DNA from: Haliotis cracherodii
Taxonomy: Eukaryota
NCBI RefSeq assembly: GCF_022045235.1
Contig: NW_027266286.1
Span: 40,052,001 to 40,116,000 of the forward strand
Direction: 5' to 3'
DNA: 64,000 nt
Position numbers and translations under genes: made by a program. Below, piece after piece: positions 36,396-47,812 of this stretch; within the stretch, counting starts at the first letter, position 1; each line of letters opens with the position of its first letter. Below the pieces are notes generated by a model. It saw only the letters and a program-made list of their open reading frames with translations. It did no database searches and was not told where the DNA came from.

Positions 36396-36749
36396 CTGCA
36401 ATATTAAGAAAAGGTGAGGCCTAAAAACCTTGTGGTTCCGATTACCTCACCTACCTACCCTAAACAATGCTTCCAACCTAATGTTCTTTTGCTATTAATG
36501 AACTTGATTGACATTTGTTCTGCTGTTTTCTCTTCTGCCAGTTTCCCAATAACAATGAAGCTTGAATAACTGCATGTATTGTCTGCGTCAATGAACATTC
36601 GATAGCTCCATGCAGTGATGCAAGTATTCGGTTACACGAAATGACTATACAGTGAGCAGTGCATTGAGTTTACAACCTTCTCGCCTGTGAACTCTGTCCT
36701 GCATTACCCTCAGCCTTCCTCCGAAGGTCATATCCTGTAGAGATGTCAG

Positions 36750-37620
36750 GTTGCCTAGCAGAGACATCCACCACCTCAGCGAATTCTCGGGTTGAGTTGA
36801 GATTGATCGGATCATCTTTACAGTCTTTGTCGAATCGATCCTCTGGTGGACATAGATATCCTCTGTCTAGCTGGAATCTTGCTCGGATGTATATGATGTC
36901 TTGGACCGGAGTGATCTCTGACTTGGCTGGGTTGAATAGGAAACCTAGGTAAGTCATAAGCTGGACCAAGAATATCATGTTCTGATGTAGCTGATTTTTC
37001 CCTCGGTCTGCCGTTAAGAAGATAACCATGGATAAGAACTAGCTGGAGATGGGCGAACTTGATGACTGGCGCTGTAATTCTGGTGAATAGGATGGTAGGA
37101 TTTGGAATTTGTAGCGTCAGCCATGACTGCGAAGCGTAGATATTTAAAAAATGATGGGATGTGAAAATAAGCATCTGTAAGATCTAGGCTGATAAGCCAG
37201 TCTCCCTTCTTCAACGTTGACCGCAACTTGCGTATGGACTCCATCTGGAGTTTTGGAGGCGACACCAGACATCTCTTGTTGAGGGTCTTTAGATCTATTA
37301 TCATCCTCATCTCGATTGTGTTCTTCTTCGGGACTAAAAAGACTGGTGAGCAAAAACCTTTGGAATTATTTGACTTCTTTAGTTCCCGAATGGCTCACTT
37401 CTTTAGTAGTTTCCTGACGGCCAATTCTGCAGCTTTTAACTTGGCACTGGTCAGGTGAAACCTACAACCCATGGCGTGTATGTTCAGGCTCAGATGTTTC
37501 CTGAAGTGTAGTTTGTAACCGTGAGCCACGACGTCTAGAATGACCTGGCCGTGGTCCGTGGTCCATCGGCTGGCCGTGTGGCTCAGCTTGTAGCCCTTGT
37601 GTAGCATGGCCTGGTGACCT
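36750..37620 (-). mobile_element. DIRS-type (tyrosine-recombinase retrotransposon) RT relic
   Basis: HGYKLHF, RMIIDLKTLN, MESIRKLRSTLKKGDWLISLDLTDAYFHIP and LGFLFNPAKS motifs; frameshifted. Confidence 0.8.
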
Positions 37621-38088
37621 ACTACCAGGTGCTAGATTGTCACTACTACTATAGTAGGTGTTGACTCTAGCACACACAGGAAAAAGTGAGGTTGCCGCCA
37701 TTATGACATCATGGCTTGGGTAGTTATGAGACTACTTGGCGACAACTATTTGTGTGTAATTGACAGTGAAAAGGACGTCTGTTGAAAATCTGAAAATTTT
37801 AGTCACTGTAATTGAAGCCAAAATACAGGATTTATGGCAGATAGAGGTAGAGGTTTCGTAGAGAAGTAGTTTTTTTCAGATGATATTTTTGTGTATAAAG
37901 CTTGTATCATCACATCACTCCATAGCACAAGCCTTCAAACTATGACCTGCCACATCCTGTGTCTTGCAAATATTGTACAAAAATCAAGGCTTATCACTCA
38001 ACACATGCAGCAGCTTCTATGCATAGAATGATCTCTCATTACAAATATCATTTACATCCTGTTGAGTAACCATTGAAGCCATACCCAC

Positions 38089-38298
38089 CCAGGTTGTTGA
38101 CATTGTCTGCAGTAATCTTAATGCGGGAAGTCTGCAGGATCAAGCATGTTGGCAGTGTCAGCTTGGCTCGAGGTAGCACTGGTCTGTCAGCTACGTAGGT
38201 GTAGTTCATCTTATGGTAGGTGCATCCGTTCTTGTAGCTGTTGTTACACTCCACACAGTCTTGAACAACAACACAGGTCAAGTTCTTACACCCACAGA
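38089..38298 (-). CDS. PRDM4: PRDM4-like exon: PR zinc knuckle
   Basis: ttacag / gtgggt, phase 1 to 1; CVECNNSYKNGCTYH..VADRPVLPRAKLTLP. Confidence 0.85.
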
Positions 38299-39890
38299 CT
38301 GTAACAACACACTCAGTCTCAGGTCAGGTTCTTACACCCACAGACTGTAACAACACACTCAGTCTCAGGTCAAGTTCTTACACCCACAGACTGTAACAAC
38401 ACACTCAGTCTCAGGTCAAGTTCTTACACCCACAGACTGTAACAACACACTCAGTCTCAGGTCAAGTTCTTACACCCACAGACTGTAACAACATACTCTG
38501 TCTCAGGTCAAGTTCTTACACCCACAGACTGTAACAACACACTCAGTCTCAGGTCAAGTTCTTACACCCACAGACTGTAACAACATACTCTGTCTCAGGT
38601 CAAGTTCTTACACCCACAGACTGTAACAACACACTCAGTCTCAGGTCAGGTTCTTACACCCACAGACTGTAACAACATACTCAGTCTCAGGTCAGGTTCT
38701 TACACCCACAGACTGTAACAACACACTCAGTCTCAGGTCAAGTTCTTACACCCACAGACTGTAACAACACACTCAGTCTCAGGTCAGGTTCTTACACCCA
38801 CAGACTGTAACAACATACTCAGTCTCAGGTCAGGTTCTTACACCCACAGACTGTAACAACACACTCAGTCTCAGGTCAAGTTCTTACACCCACAGACTGT
38901 AACAACATACTCAGTCTCAGGTCAGGTTCTTACACCCACAGACTGTAACAACACACTCAGTCTCAGGTCAAGTTCTTACACCCACAGACTGTAACAACAC
39001 ACTCAGTCTCAGGTCAAGTTCTTACACCCACAGACTGTAACAACACACTCAGTCTCAGGTCAGGTTCTTACACCCACAGACTGTAACAACACACTCAGTC
39101 TCAGGTCAGGTTCTTACACCCACAGACTGTAACAACACACTCAGTCTCAGGTCAGGTTCTTACACCCACAGACTGTAACAACACACTCAGTCTCAGGTCA
39201 GGTTCTTACACCCACAGACTGTAACAACACACTCAGTCTCAGGTCAGGTTCTTACACCCACAGACTGTAACAACATACTCAGTCTCAGGTCAGGTTCTTA
39301 CACCCACAGACTGTAACAACACACTCAGTCTCAGGTCAAGTTCTTACACCCACAGACTGTAACAACACACTCAGTCTCAGGTCAAGTTCTTACACCCACA
39401 GACTGTAACAACACACTCAGTCTCAGGTCAGGTTCTTACACCCACAGACTGTAACAACACACTCAGTCTCAGGTCAAGTTCTTACACCCACAGACTGTAA
39501 CAACACACTCAGTCTCAGGTCAAGTTCTTACACCCACAGACTGTAACAACACACTCAGTCTCAGGTCAAGTTCTTACACCCACAGACTGTAACAACACAC
39601 TCAGTCTCAGGTCAGGTTCTTACACCCACAGACTGTAACAACACACTCAGTCTCAGGTCAGGTTCTTACACCCACAGACTGTAACAACACACTCAGTCTC
39701 AGGTCAAGTTCTTACACCCACAGACTGTAACAACACACTCAGTCTCAGGTCAAGTTCTTACACCCACAGACTGTAACAACACACTCAGTCTCAGGTCAGG
39801 TTCTTACACCCACAGACTGTAACAACACACTCAGTCTCAGGTCAAGTTCTTACACCCACAGACTGTAACAACACACTCAGTCTCAGGTCA
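38274..39890. repeat. 46-bp tandem array (35 units) spanning the intron/exon junction
   Basis: Unit CAGGTCAAGTTCTTACACCCACAGACTGTAACAACACACTCAGTCT; acceptor positions 38299 and 39863 are exactly 34x46 apart. Confidence 0.95.
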
Positions 39891-40990
39891 CTACACAGGA
39901 AAAGGTCATACACTACACAGGTCAGGTTCTTACACTACACAGGTCAAGGTCTTACACTACACAGGTCAAGGTCTTACACTACACAGGTCAAGTTCTTTCA
40001 CTACACAGGTCAAGGTCTTACACTACACAGGTCAGGTTCTTGCACTACACAGGTCAGGTTCTTTCACTATACAGGTCAAGTTCTTTCACTACACAGGTCA
40101 AGGTCTTACACTACACAGGTCAAGTTTTTTCACTACACAGGTCAGGTTCTTACACTACACAGGTCAAGGTCTTACACTACACAGGTCAAGGTCGTACACT
40201 ACATGGGTCAGGTTCTTACACTACACAGGTCAAGTTCTTACGCTACACAGGTCAAGTTCTTTCACTACACAGGTCAAGTTCTTACACTACACAGGTCAAG
40301 TTCTTACACTACACAGGTTCTTACACTACACAGGTCAAGGTCGTACACTACACAGGTCAAGGTCGTACACTACACGGGTCAGGTTCTTACACTACACATG
40401 TCAAGTTCTTACACTACACAGGTCAAGTTCTTTCACCACACAGGTCAAGTTCTTACACTACACAGGTCAAGTTCTTACACTACACAGGTTTTTACACTAG
40501 ACAGGTCAAGGTCGTACACTACACAGGTCAAGGTCGTACACTACACGGGTCAGGTTCTTACACTACACATGTCAAGTTCTTACACTACACAGGTCAAGTT
40601 CTTACACTACACAGGTCAAGTTCTTACACTACACAGGTTCTTACACTACACAGGTCAAGGTCGTACACTACACAGGTCAAGGTCGTACACTACACGGGTC
40701 AGGTTCTTACACTACACAGTTCAAGTTCTTACACTACACAGGTCAAGTTCTTTAACTACACAGGTCAAGTTCTTACACTACACAGGTCAAGTTCTTACAC
40801 TGCACAGGTTCTTACACTACACAGGTCAAGGTCGTACACTACACAGGTCAAGGTCGTACACTACACGGGTCAGGTTCTTACACTACACATGTCAAGTTCT
40901 TACACTACACAGGTCAAGTTCTTACACTACACAGGTCAAGGTCGTACACTACACAGGTCAAGTTCTTACACTACACAGGTTCTTTCACTC
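39890..40990. repeat. 22-bp (and 17-bp variant) tandem array related to the 46-bp unit
   Basis: Unit ACACTACACAGGTCAAGTTCTT. Confidence 0.9.
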
Positions 40991-41157
40991 TCCTGATAGT
41001 CATTCACACAACCAGGAACTGCCGATACTCAGACACCGCCACAGAGACCACCCACTCTTCATGAAATCTGCACAGGTTCCTGAGTTATGGGGCAGCCCCT
41101 ACAAGATAGACCACTACAGATGTACAATTGTAGTGTATTTCAGTGACTCCTACTCAC

Positions 41158-41280
41158 ACAGTCCCGATAGTTTAGGTGTGTTGTCCAGAGCTGGCGGAGG
41201 TTCCGTTGTCTCCTTGGGAGGGAGGGCGGCTCGATCCATGTCTGGGACATCTGTTGGCTGCTTCAGCAACATGTCTATCA
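41158..41280 (-). CDS. PRDM4: PRDM4-like exon
   Basis: ttgacag / gtgagt, 123 nt, phase 1 to 1, open frame; joins the next exon to give ..SGLFCGCK. Confidence 0.75.
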
Positions 41281-41369
41281 CTGTCAACAACATCAACAAC
41301 AAGCATCATTGGGATAGTTCTAGATTATCTTGTCTGGAAAGTAGCTGGAGGCCTGTGTACAAAATGTCA

Positions 41370-41562
41370 TTCCTGTAGCATGTCTATGTCAGTTGTACTG
41401 ATTGTATTTGTAAGACCTGGGCAATACAAGGAATCCGTGTCATTGAGTTGTTCCTGTAACATGCCTATGTCAGTTGTACTGATTGTATTTGTGAGACCTG
41501 GGCAATACGAGGAATCCGTGTCATTGAGTTGTTCCTCTAGCATGCCTATGTCTGTTGTACTA
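41370..41562. repeat. 84-bp tandem repeat, about 2.3 copies, intronic
   Basis: Visible as the STTDIGML.EQLNDTDS.YCPGLTNTI repeat in ORF 41367-41570. Confidence 0.75.
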
Positions 41563-42222
41563 GGAAACACGAAGAATCTGTGTCATAAGACAAACAGACA
41601 TCAAACGATGTAAAGAAATTAAGTATGTGAGATATATTTAATGCCGCTTTGAAAAGTCTTCCAGTTACATCAAGGGAAATCAACTTTATATGGGAGGAAA
41701 GGCTGAGGGGATGCAAGTCTCAGATGTTGACCCACGAGCACTGGTATGGATGCTGACAAACTAAGAAACATAATCAGGGCAAACCTGGATTTGAACCCAC
41801 AGTCATAGGTTTCTGGCATGCCCAAGGGACGCAACTGTGCACAGCAAATTGTGGTGCTTTAGACAACTTAGCATTGAGAATTAAGTATGAAAGTGAACAG
41901 GTCCAAGTCATCAGAGCCTAATTGTTAAAAGTAAAAACTAGAATCAAATACTATTGCAGCAAACCTCAAGGATACAGGACCCCACTAATTTTGAACTCTG
42001 TTATACCATTTACAACTCTACACTGGAAACGCAGTGTAATTTATTTGTTTGAAATGTTACATTTGAGACCCATCCTTTTTCACATTTAATATACATGCAA
42101 ACACGTCACTTGTTAATTATAAACGGTAGTCAGTATTTTAATGGAATGTAAATAGATGTCTAAGAACGGTAATAGTTCAGTGCTGACACAAAGAAATGTC
42201 ATGGTGCTGTGTGGATGCTCAC

Positions 42223-42816
42223 CGGACATGTTGGCCAGGGTGAAGGCCGGGGCTGCTGGCTCTTGCCCCTCCACCTTGTCTCGGCCCTGGGGGTCATGAT
42301 TTAGAGGCACCACAGTGAGGGGACTGGTCAGGTACAGACGAGTAGTCAGGTTCTGACTGGCAGGGTCGGAGGGAGACAACACACCAGATGTCTGGAAGTG
42401 ATTGGACAGATGCATCATGGGGGAGAGACTGCTTGGGGGTGGAGCTGGGTAGTTCTCCCCGGACACCTGCGTGGAAGCACCAGGAGCCACAGACACATGA
42501 GCAGACATGGAGTTGGCTATCAGTGATGACTGGTCATTAGATTCCGGCAGGTGACAACCAGACTGTCGTAGAAGGTGCCCCGGGGTCATCTGCTGTGTGT
42601 CCACAGAGGCGAGTTGGGGGAAGGATGGTGATGATGTGCCCTGCGAGCGGGGAGGGTTGAAGACAATCTGACTTCCAAGAGAGGTGACTAGATTGTGGTG
42701 AGTGAGAGACTGGATGAAGGGGTGAGACAGGCAGGTCTGAAGGGACTGTATGTCACTGGCAGCCAGAGTGGAGGACTCCTGTGTAGACATCACTGGCATT
42801 GGCATCGGGAACTGAG
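42223..42816 (-). CDS. PRDM4: PRDM4-like exon, low-complexity N-terminal region
   Basis: gtccag / gtgagc, phase 1 to 1, inside ORF 42113-42826. Confidence 0.75.
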
Positions 42817-42861
42817 CTGGACACAAACATCACAATGATTAGTAGACATCACTATCACATC

Positions 42862-42972
42862 AGTGGGAGTTGTTTATCGTACAATAAAACACAGCACAGA
42901 GAATATGAGGGGCACAGCTCTGAGCAGTTTATTCTCCCTGCAGTATTTTATTTACAATAAACAACTCCCACT
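42862..42972. mobile_element. Small palindromic (foldback) element
   Basis: GTGGGAGTTGTTTATCGTACAATAAAA ... TTTTATTTACAATAAACAACTCCCAC. Confidence 0.6.
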
Positions 42973-42984
42973 TGTCGTTTCTTG

Positions 42985-43197
42985 AATAGACCTTGATTAT
43001 CGATCATATCATTTAAACTGGGGGCCCCCATTTTGTTTGAAGAAAATGAAAGTGATATGGGAGGTGGAATCTGATTGGTCAAAAGGAGGGACATACAAGG
43101 GACATAATTTGTAACAGCCACTGGTGGCCCCTACGATCAAGACACAAAATTCCAGCCTAATTTGGCAAGGGTGGAAACTGCACTTTTTACAGTCAGT
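42985..43197 (-). mobile_element. MITE family M fragment
   Basis: Homology to the left half of 11871-12395. Confidence 0.7.
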
Positions 43198-43351
43198 TGG
43201 TGGGATACACTGGTGTATGATACTCTGGGGTTGAAGTCACCATAATATACCGCACACCAAACAGACACAAACATGAGTAAGATCATAAATGGCAGAGCAA
43301 GCATGAATATAGTTGAGGTGAGCTAACACATGGATTATGTGACGCCCTTAC

Positions 43352-43441
43352 ATGAGAAGGTGGAGGCAGCCTGGTGGTGGTCACTGGGCAGTGGCTGTCC
43401 AGTGGTCGGCTGTGAAGGGGTGTCCGATACCTCAGGTGCAA
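43352..43441 (-). CDS. PRDM4: PRDM4-like small symmetric exon
   Basis: tttcag / gtaagg, 90 nt, open frame VAPEVSDTPSQPTTGQPLPSDHHQAASTFS. Confidence 0.6.
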
Positions 43442-44028
43442 CTGAAACACCTTGACAACACACACGTTTGACAAATTACACTCCCAAATGCAATGATATA
43501 TGCACCATCGATACAGATATAAACATGATAAATATTGTCAGGTATTGTTTATGGTCAATAAATCAATCTTGAAATTAAGAATCCATAAAACAGACTTTTG
43601 TGGCATTGAAAGAATTTCATTTAACATGAATGCCTCTTAGGCCGTAATAAATCAATTATAAAATTCTCATCTGGCAGGTATAGTTAATGTACACAAATGT
43701 TGTGAACATTTTATTTATACAATTGTTTAATAAAAAAATGCCTGTCGCCTCATATAATTTATTGAGACCATAATAGATCCTGGTCCAAGACACAAGAATA
43801 TATAGAGAAATACTAATCATTGCCCATAGCCCATTAAAAGATCACCAACTAATTTTCATCTTGCAAACATACCTGAGGCTTTTTTCTCTACAGACGTTTT
43901 CTTGTAGCTGCATGACTGACTTTTCCCCTTATCATTAACATGATGCAAGATACACACAAGTCCTTGACCATCTTCAAGACTAGCTGATTGTTTATGAATT
44001 GATGATATAATTTTTTATATAGACATAC

Positions 44029-45634
44029 CTTGGGTTCCGACAGGCAACATTGTCTGTGATGGTGTTGCAGCAGACACAGCGGAAGATGTCACCACACTTG
44101 CTGCCATGGTTACAGGACATGGCAGTGTGTGCTGAGGGTGCACAAGTGACCCCGAAGCTGGAGCAGTAGACGAAACTGTGTTGATAATGTGGGGTAGCAA
44201 TGTAGAGTCCATCTGGGCCACGGACTGAGAGGTGGCAGCACAGTACACAGTGGCCCCTGACAACACTGCTGTCACTGGGATATTGCTGCTGGGTGTAGGC
44301 ACTGTGTCGGGGCGTTTTTGTGTATCTGGCAGTATTCTCTGCAATACTGGAGAAAAAGGCAATGCAACGGAATTGCCACAACTAGATGCTGAGTTCATGG
44401 ACGACAGAATGTTCTGGTTGTGGACGATGTTCGTTGGAATCGCTTGAAAGATGGTGGATGTAGGTGGTGCTGGTGCTATAGGGACCACATTCTGAGACGG
44501 GTTGCCAACAGAGTTCGTGGCTGGAGCCTGTGAAGATACTGATGACTGTAAAAGGGGCAGGCTGGCAAGAGCTGCCACCAAGTTTGCTGGGAAGTTTAGT
44601 GAAATAGCCTGCTGAAGAATGTTGTTAGGAAGTGTGGTTGGCTTGACAGTGGGTGTGGGTTGGAGAGGAGCGGAAATTGGAGGCTGGCTGTATGCACGTC
44701 TCGACTCACTGACACTGTCGTATGTACTAGTTGGCTGGAATGCAGGTCGAAGAAGTGAGCTGATGGGTACAGTGGTTGTGATATATGTTGGCTGTGCATT
44801 GTGGGATGAATTCTCAGATGCTAACACTGAGATCTGAGGAGAGCTTACATCACACGTCAGCTGACTAGAGCTGGGAGCTAAAGTAGCAGACAGTGAAGAC
44901 ACAGAGAGGTCACATTGAAGATTGGAGTTCTGTGCTAGGGAGCTGATGGTGTTTGAATTTGCAGTGTTGTATCTCAACTGGGTGGAACTGTGGCCCAGGT
45001 TCTCCACAGAGAGAGATGTCTGAGAGCTTGATAAATCACATTGTAACACTGAGTTGCAGTCCCCGGCAATGAGCTGCATTCCATGAAGCTCTTCATTTGG
45101 AATTAGAGATTCTTCCGAGCTCTGTGCGTGAGGCATTGTTGCCTGGAGCATGCCAGACTCTGTGTGGTGAGACATGGATTGTTGAAGCATGCTTGATTCT
45201 GTCTGGTGAGAGAGAGATTGTTGAAGCATGTCTGACTCTGCCTGGTGAGACATAGATCGTTGAAGTATGTCTGATTCTGTCTGGTGAGAGAGAGATTGTT
45301 GAAGTATTTCCGATTCTGACGGGTGAGAGAGAGATTGTTGAAGTATTTCCGATTCTGACGGGTGAGAGAGAGATTGTTGAAGTATTTCTGACTCTGATGG
45401 GTGAGAGAGAGATTGTTGAAGTATTTCCGATTCTGTCTGGTGAGACAGAGATTGCTGAAGAATATCGGATTCTGTCTGGTGAGACAGAGATTGTTGAAGT
45501 ATGTCGGACTCTGCCTGGTGAGACAGAGATTGTTGCAGCATACTCTCCTCATGTTCTGCCTCTGCTCCATTGACAGGCAGCAACATGTCGGTGTGTGTTG
45601 TGTCATGACCAGTTGTGGCAAGTCGATCGCTCAT
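44029..45634 (-). CDS. PRDM4: PRDM4-like first coding exon (S/Q/T/P-rich, with 13-aa repeats)
   Basis: 539-aa ORF; donor CAAG/gtatgt at 44028; acceptor tctttcag before 45712. Confidence 0.75.
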
Positions 45635-46500
45635 TGTCTAATCACATACCATCTAGTGAAACTCAGGTACAGGGCAGCATACTCATCACGCCTCCTGTTG
45701 TTTCAGACATATCTGAAAGATAACAACAGATGTTTCAGACTAAAGCTCCATCAGAGTATGAAGTATGAGTAGGACTCAACATGTACTAGCTAGCAAGTAG
45801 ACATGTCCTAAAACATCTTCATTTTGTACACCTTAAAACTGGAGTTCTTAATTTGTTTCAGTAAAGTGTACTATAGGTACATCATGGGTATGGGAATCTC
45901 ACTTAGACATTGTTAGGACTAATACACAAATTTGGATGACCTATAAACAAATTTAGATGACCTGTACAAAGGTCTAGATAATCCGTACACAAATTTGGTG
46001 GACCCGTACCCATGTATTTTCATATTTGTTGCATTTCTAACAAGTTAGTATAAAGTATGATAATTTTTTAATTTGAAGTTTACACGATATACGGCTTTTC
46101 CATTGGATGAGAGGTCGGTCACATGACCGCGAAATTGACGTTCATAAGTGTATGAACGGCACAATTTGACGTTCATACGTTTTTCACGAGACCATGTTCT
46201 TGAAATGACATACACACTGACGGACTACTTCCACATTCCTGGAGAAACCCCTTGGAATTCCCTAGCACGAAAACATGCATAAGCGTTCTTTCTGATCATT
46301 TAGAACCTTTATTCTTGGTCTCAGTGTTTCAGTATACATTGAGAAATGTCAGAGAGCATGACTGCATGATTGTTCACGAATATCCTCGCTACAGCCCATC
46401 CTAATGAACAAACGAAGAAATGCACATCTAAACTATCGTAGTATCGACTCGATCCGTGCCTAGGCTGACATTGACCGTCTCCAGCAATCTATGAATTTAC

Positions 46501-46640
46501 CTCCGTGTCTGTTTGACGCATCTTTTTTCACCTTTCAATGATCGTTCGGTTGATCAATGATGACTAACACATGTAACCACCACAGGTTCATTTAACTTCG
46601 GAAATCTCTCCCGTCACATTTATCATGTCGGCCATTTTGA
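46501..46640 (-). promoter_or_regulatory. Putative non-coding first exon / promoter of the PRDM4-like gene
   Basis: Donor GAG/gtaaat at 46500; YY1-like AAAATGGCCG at 46629-46638, a motif typically found just downstream of a TSS. Confidence 0.45.
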
Positions 46641-47138
46641 CGTCTTGTAGTTGATATAAATGTATTACGACATGCTGTCATTGTGACTGACTTACTGAGG
46701 TAGTTCTTTACAGGCCTCTCTCATCTAATGAGGATATGATTTAAACACGTGTTGCGTAAGATGTTTCTGAAGAGTTGTACATCTGTACGCCCATGTCACC
46801 TCTCTTTTTGATGAACTATTTTACTCTGTGATACAGCTGGTTGTTGTATGGCTGTCAGTGTAAACATATAGTTACACGCAAGCTCCGACGTTCATAAAGT
46901 TTGACTCTCACTCTATTAAGGTTCATACTCCAATGAACTCACACAATGTGAAGGTCAATTCTTAAATGTTCGAAACCAGTTAATCAGTATATATTCATAA
47001 TTATTTAACCACAGCACTAACTAACACTAACATATTCTAGCATATGTTTTGGGCACTTTTAATTTTATACACTTCATAGACATTTTCATACCAATCATTA
47101 GCAATTAATTAATATCAATGGTCTGTGCCCTCTTCCTG

Positions 47139-47812
47139 GGTCCCGTTCCACAAAGCGATCGTAACTACAATCAATCTTAGAGACTTACGTCTATTATAAA
47201 ATCGTCTTAGCTAAAGTTTACGCCCGTTCCACAAAGCTATCTTAGGGCAATTGTAACTTTACAAGTTCTTAAGTAGCCGATTTTAACAAAGATCGGAATC
47301 TTCAGCCAAGTTTCCCTAAGAGTGGCCTCCCTTGGTCATGTTTAGCAGACGACGCATTGTCGAAATATGGCCGAATCGCAGACCTCTGTCGGCGTCAAAC
47401 ACGTTCGTCGCAGCAATTTTTCAGCAAGCGAGATTGCTGTCCTTGTTGATGAGGTGGCTTTTCACCACACGACACTGAATTCCTCATTCAGCTCTACCGT
47501 CACCAATAAGCTGAAAGGCAGCATATGGGAGGACATCGCTAACAAGTAAGTGAGCTGTGGACTGTCAGAATGTTATCTGATATAATAATAAGTCAACATA
47601 CGCCATCTTTGTTGTTATGGTACAATATTTAAGATCGATTTTAGCGATCCTAAGTTGGTCCGGAGCAACTTAGCATTTTGATCTTAACTTACAACTCTCT
47701 TAGTTAAGATTGCTTTGTGGAACGGGCGGCCTATAGGATACCAAAATTTAAGATCGCGTACTTAGTGAGTTACAATCAACTTAGCCCTAAGATCGCTTTG
47801 TGGAACGGGGCC
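47139..47812 (+). mobile_element. Non-autonomous PIF/Harbinger-like element carrying a Myb/SANT-like exon
   Basis: TIRs GG(T/C)CCCGTTCCACAAAGCGATC with CWG flanks; internal repeats of the TIR core; ORF 47367-47549 RRSNFSASEIAVLVDEV..TNKLKGSIWEDIA ends at a gtaagt donor. Confidence 0.8.

Noticed and set aside
40040-41378. 318-aa and 391-aa + strand ORFs
   Set aside because: Translations of the 22-bp array, antisense to a PRDM4 intron.
41367-41577. Extra PRDM4 exon from the 84-bp repeat ORF
   Set aside because: The nearby acceptor in the required phase 1 hits TAG within about 10 codons, and the ORF itself ends in a stop with no donor.
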